The notes under the pieces were generated by a model that did no database searches, had not been told where the DNA came from, and worked only from the letters and a program-made list of their open reading frames with translations. From assembly GCA_051362555.1 (NCBI GenBank), contig CM120645.1, forward strand, positions 10,044,001-10,108,000: a stretch of DNA of 64,000 nt. The letters are read 5' to 3'. Of the stretch, positions 47,331 to 60,925 are shown in pieces. A program made the translations under genes and the position numbers. This stretch comes from Lingula anatina. Lineage: Eukaryota; Animalia; Brachiopoda. The stretch's first letter is position 1; the number at the start of each line of letters is the position of its first letter.

Positions 47331-47579
47331 CAGCTTCATCTGAATTCCAACTCTCCTTTACAAGAACGTAATCAGTTTCTATACCATTAGTGATTGGATC
47401 TTTATCTTCATCATATTCCTTCCCGAGTAGCCGCTTTCTCAGGTGTGTTTTACCTGCACCGTAATGGCCCAGCAGCATCACCCTTGCCCTCTTCACTCTT
47501 TCAAAGCCATCCGTACATGCTCGTTGATATGCTTTTTTCAGTAGTGGATCTTGCCTATTTATTTCCTCTGAAAACTGAC
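47331..47579 (-). CDS. Exon encoding the N-terminal part of a ROC GTPase domain (Roco-family protein)
   Basis: RVMLLGHYGAGKTHLRKRLLG P-loop and TNGIE switch-I motif. TTTCAG acceptor and GTAAGA donor; 249 bp, phase 1-1. Confidence 0.82.
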
Positions 47580-47712
47580 CTGAAACATAAAAGATGCAAT
47601 TTAAGCTATAGTTTTGCTGCAAAAACCCAACCAAACATTACCATATTGATTCATATACGGACTAAATATTTAGATCAAAAGGTATGCCTTGGTAAAAATA
47701 GGTTCTAAAAAA

Positions 47713-47748
<36 letters not shown>

Positions 47749-47749
<1 letters not shown>

Positions 47750-50268
47750 AAGGCAGCAAAGCTGTCAAATGTACAGACAAAAAGCAGACAACAACAATGC
47801 ACAAAATAGGCTACTGTCAATTCTGATGCAAAAGTACATTATGCTTAACTGCAAATTCAACATCAAATATAATTATGCTCAACAGGTAATACCAATGTAA
47901 GTAAAATGTGTAACAAGCATAAGGATTCAGGCCCATGGGAGTTCAAGTTCACACTTTGAAAATGCCAGAATGAGAAAAATGAAAATTTCACACAAAACTG
48001 CATCAATTCAATAATAAATGATAACCCAATTGAGCTGGCTTTCTAATTTGAACTGCATGCCAATCATAAAAATCATACTTGTAAGTTGAAAATAATAATA
48101 AGTAATAGTTTTCTTTTCATAATGTTTGTAGTAGCAGTGCAAAAAGATTTTTGTCAATTATGATGTAACATTACATAATAAATTACAGAATAATTATCAC
48201 CAATTTTTGATTATTGACTATAATAGCATGGACATGTAGACAATTTGATTACCATTTGGCTTCATGTCCATAGGAGCTTGGAGTCCCACAATGAATATGC
48301 CAACATGATAAAAATGAATATTTCACTAAAATGTATAACTTCCAGAAAAAGAAGCCAATTAGACTGCTTTTCCAACTCGAGCTGCATTTTAGTCCTGTGT
48401 TTCTTTTTTGAAAGTTTGACAATCATAAGTAAAATGGTTTTCCCATGATGGTCATAATGGCAGCAGCACCGAAAATTGTGTTTTCTTCTATTTTGATGCA
48501 ATATTACATAATGCTTAACAGCATGAAGACCATCAGTTTTTAATAATAAAATATACGTATCATGGATTTTCAGAAAATGTGACTAGCATGGGTCTTCAAG
48601 CCCGTGGAGGTTCAAAGTCACACCTTGAAAATGCCAATAAGTGAAAAGTTAAATTTTCACAAAAAACTGTTTAACTGCCAGAAAAATTTACCAAACAGAC
48701 TGCATTGCCTAATTAAACTGTATCTTAGTCCCATGTTTCTTTCCTGTAAGTTTGAGAACAGTAAGTGACATGGTTTTCCTTAAATGGTCATCATGGGAGC
48801 AGTGTCCAAAATAGGGGTTTCTTCAAATTTTGATGCAATATTACATGATGTTTAACAGCATAATGACCATTAATGTTTAATAATAAAATATTAGTATCAT
48901 GGATTTTCAGAAAATGTGACTAGCAAAGGTCTTCAGGACCATGGAACTTCAAAGTCACACCTTGAAAATGCCAATATGTGAAAAATTTAATTTTCACAAA
49001 AAACTGTTTAACTGCCAGAAAAATTTACCAAACAGACTGCATTGCCTAATTAAACTGTATCTTAGTCCCATGTTTCTTTCCTGTAAGTCTGAGAACAGTA
49101 AGTGACATGGTTTTCCTTAAATGGTCATCATGGGAGCAGTGTCCAAAATAGGGGTTTCTTCAAATTTTGATGCAATATTACATATTGTTTAACAGCATAA
49201 TGACCATCAATTTTTAATAATAGAATATTAGTATCATGGATATTCAGAAAATGTGACAAGCAAAGGTCTTCAGGACCATGGAACTTCAAAGTCACAACTT
49301 GAAAATGCCAAAATGTAAACAAGACAGCACTGTCTTGAAATGTGTTTTTTTCCATTTTTAACAATTGTTTAACATATAACAAAATTAACAGTTTACTGCC
49401 ATTTTTACATGATCAACTAAGAAAATTGATGGCATGGGAAAAATATCAATAGAACAGTGTTTAATGTCCAATTTCCTCCATTCTGAGTTTCTGAACATAG
49501 TGAATGAATGAATCTGACAAACTGCAATGATATGAGTTTATTTCCATTTTTGAAACTCTATTATACAATACATGATACCAAGTTTACCATCATTTTTACA
49601 TAATCAACTAACAATGTTGTAAAGATGCAGGAAATGTCAAACAAACACTTTTACGAATCTTTATAGTTCAATAATGAGACTGTTAACATGCCTAAGAATT
49701 GAATCTGAGGAAATGTGAAAAAACAGCATAACTTATAAAATAATGGCCCGATTATGCAGATTTTCAAACTTGACCTGCGTTTTAGTAAGATTGATTACTC
49801 CTGTGAGTTTCATGACAACAGGCCTATCGGTTTTCTTTGAAATGTGTTAACAGTGTTGCATATATGCTGAAAAGTGAAAAAACAGCATAACTACTAAAAT
49901 AGTGGCCTGATCATGCCCATTTTTGAAGTTGATCTGCGTTTTAGTAAGATTGATTACTCCTGTGAGTTTCATGACAACAGGCCTATCGGTTTTCCTTGAA
50001 ATGTGTTAACAGTGTTGCATATAAGCTAAAAAGTGAAAAAACAGCATAAATTCTACAATAAAGGCCCGATCATGCTGATTTTCGAACTTGACCTGCGTTT
50101 TATGAATATTAGTCAGCTCTGTAAATATAAAGCCAAAAAGTAAAACTGTCTTCCACTTATGGTGTTAACGCTGAAAGTGCACGGCGACGGCGACATGATT
50201 GGCGACGGCGACGGCGACGACAGACGCAGGTGATGGCAATATGTACAGACACATCTGTGTCTGTACAT
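47749..50268 (-). mobile_element. Complete HINE family-2 element with internal tandem repeats (about 340 bp and about 160 bp)
   Basis: Both termini as for 29081-32089; GACGGC microsatellite; A-rich insertion site with no TSD. Confidence 0.75.
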
Positions 50269-50424
50269 AAAAAAAAATTAAAATTAAAAACTCAGGTCTC
50301 AAATAAGGTTTGTGAATGGAGTTTGGCTTTGACAAATTAAAGCATATGGCTCTGTCCAAAGGTCTCCAAATTTCCACAAGGCCTGCAAAGAAATTTTGCA
50401 TGCAAGGGTTCATTTTTTTTCTTT

Positions 50425-50780
50425 TGGCGGTGCGTAAAATAATGAAGATCTCATACAGCGACCATATCACCAACGAAGAAATGCTTAGGAAGGCAAAGTC
50501 AAGACCATTGCATGAAACAGTCACCATTCGTCGGATAAAATTGGCAGGACATATCATTCGACTACCTACTGAGAGGCATGCAAAAACTGCTATGACTTGG
50601 GTACCACCAGGAGGCAAGCACAAACGAGGTAGACTGAGGATAACATGGAGGAGAACCTTCCAGAATGATATGCAAAGAGGCAACATCAGGTGGGAGGAGA
50701 TAGAGAGGGCTGTTGCCGACCTAAAAAGTTGGAAAAAGTTTGCCATCCAATGGAGGACCTAAGACTAAGACTAAACTAAG
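50425..50780 (+). mobile_element. 5'-truncated RTE-like non-LTR retrotransposon 3' end
   Basis: KISYSDHITNEE...RRIKLAGHIIR..WVPPGGKHKRGR..TW C-terminal region, followed by a (CTAAGA)n tail. Confidence 0.8.
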
Positions 50781-51445
50781 TTAAGCAGTGTTTCAAATTA
50801 TTGTTATCCTGTGCCAGTACGGCGGGAAATACACACTGTCAGACAGGATATTGTGTCAAAAGGAATGGTCCACACAGCCTTACTAGATTTCTGAACCTAC
50901 AAAAAGGCCACACCCAATATATCCAAACCTTACCAACCAGGATACAAGACTCACTGCTTGCCCATGTGCTGCTACATTAAGGGGGTAATAATTCTTTGTT
51001 CTGGCCAAAAAATGAATTTTCCTGGAGTAAACAACAATTTTTCCATACTTACCAGTGGTTAATGAATCTATTTTTACATTCAAAGTTAGTCCCTGGTTTT
51101 TTTTCCTAAAATGTTTGTTTTTTGTTATAATCTCTTAAGAGAACAGTTTCATTAGCTATGTTATTGTAATAGACTTTTGAAGATTCTTTTGTCTATAGCT
51201 ACATAGATTTAATATTTTCCGCGTTTCATTAGTATATCGGAAAATTATTGTATTCATGGTTTGTGATGAAAAAGAAGGTACATGGAGATGTTTGGGTGGA
51301 TGATGCAATGAGGTAGAGTTATGAGTAGTAGTTCAATGCACGACCAATGAAGATTGGCGTGGTTGGTATAAAAGGGAGGATACAGGTAATAGTGGTCACT
51401 TTTTATTCTGCTTGTGAAAGAGTGGGATCATTTTTCCCAAAAATC

Positions 51446-53678
51446 ATGGACGCCGACTTTCGAGAAGAGATAAGAACTGAAGTTCAAGAGGCAATAACAA
51501 AGTCTCAGAATGCAATGATGACTGAAATCAAAGATATCATTTCTGCTGAAATGGGACAAATAATGACACAAAATAAGTTGGCAGAAAAACATTTGTTGAG
51601 GGTAGAGGAGTCCATTTTAGTTGGAGAAACTCAAAAGTTCAAAAAGAAAGGGAATGAAGAACAATTTAAGTTCAATGGTGCTCTTATGTTCAAGATTGGT
51701 GAAGCTTCCAACACCATTAGCAACGAAAAATAAACACAAGGTGATGTTGATAGTTGTAGAGAAAAGTAGGCTGAAGTCATGGAGTCTGTAAAACACAGAC
51801 AAAAGCTCATAAAATTAGCCGATTCTAATCCTCTCGCGGAAGATTCTGATGATGAGAAAAGAATTCTAAAAGCCCAAAGCAGAGTGGAAGGAAGATCAAA
51901 GCCGAGAAGAACAAAAGGAAGGAGAATGTCCGTTTTCGATCTTATAATTCTACCAGCCAAAGGGGCAGTCAACCAAGCACTTCAAGTGGATTTTACAGTC
52001 CTAGTAATAGTAAGCCGGGGAGATGTTATGAATGTGAAGAAAGAGAGCACTAAAAGAAAGAGTGTCCAGAGAACGCCAATTTGAAAATAATCATGTAAAT
52101 TTGCATCAAGATGACAGAATAGCGAAATACTTATCAAAATAAGATAGTGATGAAAATATTTTGAAATTAAAGGGATAATAACTCTTCATATGAAACCTAT
52201 ATTTCACAATAAAAACATTGTGAATAACTCATAGAAATATAATATATTCTGTTTTACTACAAAAAATGGCAAAAAACAATAAATCTGCCAGGGAAAATGA
52301 AACATTTGTTACAAATGAAATAGATAATTTGTTGAAAAGAAAATGCGTTTCAAAAGTGCTTATAAACCTTTGGTGGTCAATCCATTGACAGTTGCAGTAA
52401 GTGGCACTGGGAAGAAGAGGTTGGTGCTAGATTGTAGACATATTAACAAGCACTTATATCAGTTTAAATTCAAATATGAAAATGGTGAAATAGCAAAAGG
52501 GTTATATGAACAAAAAGATTATTTATTTACTTTTGATCTGAAATCAGCTTATCATCATGTAATGATTGCTACAGATTTTGTAAAATTTCTGGGTTTTGAA
52601 TGGAAAAATTGTTATTATGTTTTCACTGTTTTACCTTTTGGAGTGGCCTAAGGTTTTATATTCTCTAAAATCATGAGGGAAGTTGTAAAACATTGGAAGT
52701 CAGAAGGACATAAAGTCATTATGTATCTTGATGATGGTATAGCAGGAGCTGAGAATTTTGAAAAAGCAACTCAGTTTAGTAATTTGATAAAGCCGGAATT
52801 AGAATGTTTAGGGTTCATTATAGCTGAAGACAGACGTCAGTGGGAACCAGCACAAAATGTTAATTGGCTAGGTTTGATATGGGATATGAAAAAAGGCATC
52901 TTGCGTTTAACACAGAGTAGAGTTGAAAAATTATTGCAAAGTATTGAAAATTTATTGATGCATTTGCGTACTTTAACTGGGTGGTTAAAGTGAAAAGATT
53001 AGCATCAATTGCTGGTCAACTGATATCTACACAGTGTGTGTTTGGTGACAAAGTAAGATTGCGTAAAAGATGCATATACCAGGTTATAAATGAGCGTTTA
53101 TCATGGGATGGTTATGTATATGTGACGGACAAAGCAGAGGATGAGTTGAAATATTGGTTCAAGAATGTCAAAGAGCTCAATGAAGGGAAAAGTCAGTTTT
53201 GTCATTTGACAGAATTTACGGCAGACATTAGAATGTTTTGTGATGCTTCAAGAGCAGGCTACGGAGGGCATTTGTTATCAAACTCAGAGCAATTGCTAAT
53301 ACACTCGGTGATGCATGACACTTGGAATGCATGGGAAGTGGCGCAAAGTTCCACATGGAGAGAAACGGAAGCGGTACATAGAGTGTTATTACATAATGTT
53401 AATTTTTTTAAATGCAAAAAAGTTACGATTTTAAGTGATAAACAAAATGTGAAGCTAATTTTAGATGTGGGCAGCAGGAAGCCAAAGCTAAATGATATCA
53501 ATATGGAAATAGTTCGCATTTCCTAGATCTCAGAAAATAATGATGCAGATAAGTTGAGTAGAAAGTCCGATTGTGATGACTGGGGAATTCAGGGGTGGCT
53601 TTATGAGGAGTTGGACAGGTCGTGGGGACCGCATAGTTGTGACGAATTCGCTAATTATTATAACGGGAAATGTCCAAT
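51446..53678 (+). pseudogene. Decayed DIRS/Ngaro-type (tyrosine recombinase class) retrotransposon: gag-like, RT, RNase H, start of a methyltransferase-like domain
   Basis: KKKGNEEQFKFN, RQKLIKLADS..PLAEDSDDEKRI; NPLTVA..KKRLVLD, DLKSAYHH, LPFG, YLDDG; FCDAS, SSTWRE; DDWGI..WGPHSCDEFA. Stops and frameshifts present; YR domain not seen. Confidence 0.82.
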
Positions 53679-54883
53679 CGTACACATCTGTGTCTGTACA
53701 TAAAAAATATAAGGAAAAATGGTACAATCAAGCAAATTTTCGAATTGACCTGCATTTTCCTAACATTGGTCACTCCTGTGATTCTCTAGACAATAGGCCT
53801 ATTGGTTTTCTTTGAAATGTGTTGTCAGTGTTGCATATATGCTGACAAAAGAGAAAACCTCGGGGCAACATGTTCAATACTAACTACAGTATGGACGTAT
53901 CTTTGCCAGTTTTTGAGATATAAAGATCAGAAAATTTGCTAAGTGCAGTTTATCATGAAAAGTAGGTCAAAGGTTAATTTCAAGGTCACAGATTACCAGT
54001 ATATGATTTCCTATTTACCTATTTAAGAGCTTGTCCACGAGAGAACCAGCCCAGGGTGGCAAGGTGGGGGTCAGCGGATTTCAACCAAATTTGTTGTATG
54101 GAGGCATATTAGGAAGTTATTGATGAGTTACGAAGGAATCCCAAAAATATCCTTTCTTCAGAGAATTGTAGCCTATTATAAGTCATGGCTTTTGTAGCCT
54201 AGCTCTTTGAGACTCCATTTTTACCTTGGAAAAATAATGATATATTTTGTGTAAATTAAACAAAAATGGCGAAAACTAAAAAATATTAGACCTAACAAAC
54301 ATTGAAAACAATCATTTGGCTTGCCACAGATATATGTAGAATTCAGATAAGACGTACCCTGCTTGGGAGAGCCACACCCATTTATAACACCCCTCTCCCC
54401 AAAGTCCAATTTTGACACTACCATCTTTAGTTGCATATATCTCCATCTTCACAGGGTTTACAGCTATAAAACTGCATGAATATTTTAGGCAGATATGGAT
54501 CACTCCAAATCAAGTTTCAAAATTTACTGCTGTATTAATTAAAACAAGTACTGAAAAATACCCCCAAAGTTGGCCATTTTTAAGGCAAAAAATTGTGGTG
54601 GATTCATTCAAGTCTATGTAGACAATGGGTTTGATAAATTTATTAAAACATTTTGCTCTACAATGTTGTTACTAAATTAATAGGGCTGGTGAGCATGGAA
54701 AGTGGATGTGTACTAATGAATATCAGGTCAGTGGGTCATAGGTCAAGGTCACTGGGCTTCATTTTTGTAAATTGCCATAAATGGACTTTTTAATTTGTAT
54801 AGACAAAAAGTTTAGAGGAAATAAATCTTAGGTTCTATTACTTTGGATAGGCACTGGCAATTAACTTGAGAGTTTACATGATA

Positions 54884-54926
<43 letters not shown>

Positions 54927-56658
54927 TAAACAAATTAAAATCTTAGTTTAGTTACGATTTCTTTTTGGTGCAATATTTATCATATAGAGATCAGGATATG
55001 CCATATAGTATTTATGAGATCAAAGCCAGAACAAATCTTTTTTAATTTTCAAGAGTTTTTTTTAATCATCCACACCACTTTTTGGTGACTATTTATGAGC
55101 ATACAGTAACTAAAAAAAATATTCAAATTAGTTTATTGTTGTCTCAGATGAATAATTACAAATAATAAAAAAAATCACAAAATTATAATACAGCAATACA
55201 TGCAAAGCAGTGCAACATTAGTCGTGAATATTACAAACTATATCATAATGTAGCAAAACAATATAATTTTCTATTCAAAATGCAAAACTAACACAACTGC
55301 AAAATATATCCTGGTGTTAGGAAACATCTTTCCAGTTTTAGATCAAACATTACAGCTCATAACATTAAGTTTATTAAGTTTTTAATACACGCAAAAATAA
55401 CTGCCGATTTTTTTCTTCCTGAATAGTCTGTAACCCTCCTTACTGACATTTCATTCTCATCTTCATGCTCACAAATACTAGGTTCTGCTGGCCTGTTTCT
55501 TGTGCCCCTCTAAACTCCTTCAGTAAAAACTCCTTTACTTTATTTGAATATAGTTTCAAAGGTTTAGATGACTTTAAAGCTCATCCATTGTGTAACTCAG
55601 TGAGATATTCAAGAGGGTGGAGCTGTGCTTTAAGTTTTTCTTTAGTCCGATTGTTGGCCCACTAGACTTTAATTTGATCAAAAGCTATTTTTTGACACAT
55701 TTCATAACTGTGGTCTAAAAAAAAAAAAAGGACCTTACAATTACTCTTCAGTCTTGGTAGCAAAAGATTTCAGAGAAGACTTCTCTGGACAAGAAAAAAT
55801 TTCCTTGTTTGTGATCTTGCTCACCGAGAGTTAATGTGAGTTAATGTCTAAATCTTTAAGTTATCAAGTAAAATAAAAAAAAGTTGCCATAAATAAAGCG
55901 ACCTTAACTGGTAAAATAACATACAGCTTTATTACCGTGTTTGTTATTCAATTTAATTTTAACCTTGTACATTTTGAAACTTAACGTTCTGTCTTCCATG
56001 ATATTTCGCTAATTTTCGTACCAGAAAAGTGCACAATAAGATTGTAAACACTCATAGACGCGTAGCTACCAATATATAATACAGGAAACATCACGTGTCT
56101 TCTCTTCCAAAAAGTTAGCAAGCAACTGTTTATGCTGTCCTTCCAGGCTTGCATTAATATACCGGTACATGTACAGACCAAAGAGGCCATGGGACCGATG
56201 ACATTGCCGTTCCCCTGGCTATTGCAGCAGCAGGTGATTTAATCACAATTTGGAGAAATCTTATTCTAATAACTTCTCAGTGTTGCACATTTTCCAGGCC
56301 TTTCTTACGATCCACGTTCTAAGAAGCCATTCCTATTTCACCAACTTATGTACATGTACCTGTATATACTTAGGGTGGACATTTGCGTATGCAGTTAAGA
56401 CCAATTTTATCCCGTAGCAAGTTAAACAGTAGCTTATTACAAAGGCCTGCTAACTCAATAGTCCAGGTAAATGATTCAACCCGCCAGACACAAAAGGTCA
56501 AGCACTGTCTTTTCAAAATCTTCTGCTGTAAAATTCCCGATCACAGATAATGATCGGCAGTTATATAAGGGCCGATTTTATCTCATAACCAGGTGTGCAG
56601 CGGCTAATTACAAAGGCCTGTAAAGGAAATCGACCAGGTAAATAACTCATCTTCACTG

Positions 56659-59600
56659 CCCTTACGAAAATTTCCTATAGGATTTCCTATAGGATTTCCT
56701 ATAAGATTTCCTATAGGATCCTATAAGATTTCCTATAGGATATCCTATAGGATCCTATAGGAATTCCTATAGGATCCTATAGGAAATTGTCCCTTTTTCC
56801 TATAGGATCCTATAGGAAATCTTATAGGATCCTATAGGAAATCCTATAGGATCCTATAGGAAATCTTATAGGATCCTATAGGAAATCCTATAGGATCCTA
56901 TAGGAAATCTTATAGGATCCTATAGGAAATCCTATAGGAAATCTTATAGGATCCTATAGGAAATCTTATAGGATCCTATAGGAAATCTTATAGGATCCTA
57001 TAGGAAATCTTATAGGAAATCCTATAGGATCCTATAGGAAATCTTATAGGAACCTATAGAAATTCATATTAACTGCTTTGAATATTTTTACAGCTTTTTA
57101 TATATTGTTGGATCTTTGGCAAAATTGGTAATAGGCACTGGTCCCTCAAAACAAAAGAGAATATCATGTTTACATTCTTTATTCAATATGTATAAATGTA
57201 TGTACATATTCCACAGTATGGTATGCAACCAGCTTACTAGAGAACTGTTTTATAGATTTTTGCAAATTTAATGGTGTTGCTACTGCTTTTTAATTATAAG
57301 TTCTATAAGTTATCACAAGTATCCAATATGTCTTGTCAAGCTGTGGCGTCACTGTCTGTTTCTTGTGTGAGTTTGAACTCCTGCCAGAATGAGTGGCTAA
57401 AACCTCCCTTGGCCAGACCATGTCCATTGTCAGCATACTGCTTTAGTCACTTAATAATTGAAGAATTTCAGACAAAAGTCTTTTGCACATTGTTCAACTT
57501 TACTGTGATAAGTCTTTTGCACATTGTTCAACTTTACTGTGATGGCCTTCTTAACCTCTGCCTGAGTTGTGTTGAACCATTTGCAGATGTATTCTGAAAG
57601 ATAGACATTGTGAATTTCAATTAATTGTACATATCTACAAAAATGCAAAATGATGAAGGAAAAATTTTCTAATGAGATCAATAATAATCATTGCACCAAT
57701 TCTATTTTGAGCAATTCATAGCCTTTATTAGTTAACTGAATTTTTTTCAAAGACAAGGTATTAAAGCTGGATAATTTGTAAAAAAAAATATATATATATA
57801 TATAAAGAACATGAACATATTTCATAGGACCAAGTCCACAGGAACAATCAGAAATGCATTTTAAAATGCAGAAATTTGCATTGGAGAAAACTCTACTCTG
57901 GTTAAATATGCAATTGGGCCATTACAGAGCTGCCAGGGCCAAAAAAGTCCCAAAAACTATAAGAAAACTCATTTCTGAGGGTAAACAGTAATTCCCTATT
58001 CTCACCAGTCTTTGCTTGACCTAAGTCATCAGTCCAAACCACAAAAAAGCAATCCCCAAGTTAAAATTTATAGCTTTTGTGTAAGCAAAATGGTCAGATT
58101 TTCACAATGCACATTTCATTTCCGTTATGTATAGGTTAGCAAAAAATATTTTTAAACAAACTATGGTGTTTACCTCACATTAAGGGTTGAAAAGAAATTA
58201 AAGGGAAAGAAAACTTGGCAAATAAACGATCCTGAAGAACGTGTGAGGTAATGAAATTTGCCCTGACAGCCCCTCCTACATGTTAATTGTATGTTATTTA
58301 TTAGCATGGGTCTTCCTCAGTTATATATCATGATGGTCCCTTGGAGGCAGTTGTGGATAACATTAAATAGATAATTTTTAATAAATCACAAACCAAAAGT
58401 TAAATGAAATGTCATTTTTTTTTAGATTCAACTGCATTTAAAGAAATATGAACAATTGATCACAGTTTTTATCCTATAAAAAATAAAGAGACTAAACAAT
58501 GATTGCATTACGTATCCTTTTTTCTTCATTATAATATATAACTTGTTTAATGTAATATATATATATTTATAATGTTTACAAGGTACACTACAAATTAGAT
58601 CAATTAATTATCTCATTTTCAATTTGATTAGATGATCCAATGCATTACTGTAATACATACCTTCCTCAATCCGATTTTTCTACACTCTGTACCCTTCCAC
58701 TATGCTCCTGAATTTAAACTGTCTTGATAGCTGTATACTCATTTGCTGCTTGTCTCAAAGCAAACAAAGACTTAGACAGGATACCACACATCTGATAACA
58801 CCTAATAGGCGGTTACTGTTACTAGTGTAACAATAGCTACAGGAGTAGTGACCTAATAATAGGTGCCAGGCTAACAAAAGAAATTCACAGTTGTTGAATA
58901 TGTGGTTATGGCTGGTGGAGTAGGGCATTCTCTAGCTAACATCAGTTGACTGTTAAACCTTACAAATGATTGAGCATGGTTTATAATGTATCTTTATATT
59001 ATTTTAATTTGTCCCCATTTCCCATCCTTTATGAGGGACATTACTATACCCATAATGTTCACTTATACTTTTACATTATATTTTATATATTAGGCAGGAT
59101 TGCATTTTCACTTTTTAAAACAGCCAAGGTCAAGTAAAATCCGATTAGATAAGGTTGACGTTCAATATAATAGAAAAAATATGAAGTAAGTGAATATGAT
59201 CACACAAAAAGTAAAAATACATTATATACTGATATTATGACCAGTTTCATTATTTTTCATTCAACCCGGCTTTATAAAAAATCACTATATGAATTAGCAT
59301 GGGTTCCTATAGAAATTCATATAAGATTTCGTATAGGATCCTATAGGAATTTTTGTAATGGTCTGAAAATATATTTAAAATTATATACTGATATTTAGAC
59401 CAGTTTTATTATTTATCATATAACCTGGCCTTATAAAAATTTCCTATATGAATTAGCATAGGATTTCCTATACGTTCCTATAGAAATTCCTATAAGATTT
59501 CCTATAGGATCCTATAGGAATTTTTGTAATGGTATGAACATAAATAAAAAATAAAAATTATATACTAATATTTAGACTAGATTCATTATTTTAATTCAAG

Positions 59601-60620
59601 CCGCCCTTATAAAAATTCCCTGTATGAATTAGCATAGGATTTCCTATAGGTTCCTATAGAAATTCCTATAAAATTTCCTATAGGATTCTATAGGAATTTT
59701 TGTAATGTTCTGAACATATATTAAAAATCAAAATCATATACTGATATTTAAACCAGATTCATTATTTTTCATTCAACCCGCCCTTATAAAAATTCCTTAT
59801 ATGAATTAGCATAGGGTTTCCTATAGGTTCCTATAGAAATTCCTCCTATAGGATCCTATAGGAATTTTTGTAATGGTCTGAACATAAATTAAAAATTAAA
59901 ATTATATACTGATATTTAGACCAGATTCATTTTTTTTTTCATTCAACCCGGCCTTATAAAAATTTCCTATATGAATAAGCATAGGATTTCCTATAGGTTC
60001 CTATAAGATTTCCTATAGGATCCTATAAGATTTCCTATAGGATCCTATAGGATTTCCTATAGGATCCTATAAGATTTCCTATAGGATCCTATAAGATTTT
60101 CTATAGGATTTCCTATAGGATCCTATAAGATTTCCTATAGGATCCTATAGGAATTATTGTAAAGGTCTGAACATAAATTTTAAAAAAATAATTTCAGCTT
60201 CAATGATTTGGTACAAAAACATTCATAATGATAAAATATTTCTCCATAAAAGATTACTTTACAAACGATCAATTTTTCAAGATTTCTTTAAAATAGAAAT
60301 TAAAGAATTTCTATAGAATCCTATAGATGACTATAAGATTGTGCATTATAAACAATAAAAAGCATATTTACTTTAACAGTGATATATAATTGACAATTCC
60401 ACTGATAAAATTGACCTATATCAAATATCTTTTGTTTAGAATGATATTTGTTTATAAGATATGTATTTTTCTCAAGATTTTAACTTACAACAATTTCCTA
60501 TAGGATCCTATAGGAAATCCTATAGGAAAGGTGCCCTATAGGATCCTATAAGATTTCCTATAGGATCCTATAGGATCCTATAGGAATCCTATAGGATCCT
60601 ATAGGAAATTTTCGTAAGGG
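56659..60620. mobile_element. 3962-bp CMC/EnSpm-like non-autonomous element with palindromic subterminal arrays
   Basis: 24-bp TIR CCCTTACGAAAATTTCCTATAGGA; 2-bp TG TSD; TCCTATAGGA arrays at 56672-57060, 59305-60150 and 60495-60607. Confidence 0.82.
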
Positions 60621-60776
60621 TGACACAAGTGGTCAGGCACTGTGAAGTATGAAATCTTCGGACAAAGTCTGCCAACTTTTACATAGAAGTCAATGCGATC
60701 CACCATGTTGCCCGATTGGCACATTTGCCTCAGAAAAACCCAAATTAACTTTAACATCAGTATCACTCATATCACT

Positions 60777-60925
60777 CAGGGGCGGATCCAGAGATATTTT
60801 CTGACAGTCTTCCAAATTATCTTTGTTAATCCATCTTCCATTTTTGACCGTCTTCCGACAGAAAACCTTAGATACCCGTCAATGTAAACCCGGAAGACCC
60901 AGAAGACGGCCTAAATCCGCCCCTG
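60777..60925. mobile_element. Short MITE-like element
   Basis: TIR CAGGGGCGGAT(CC/TT)AG; no clear TSD. Confidence 0.5.

Noticed and set aside
54887-54923. (TA)n microsatellite, plus (AAT)n at about 41090-41140 and poly-A runs
   Set aside because: Ordinary simple repeats.
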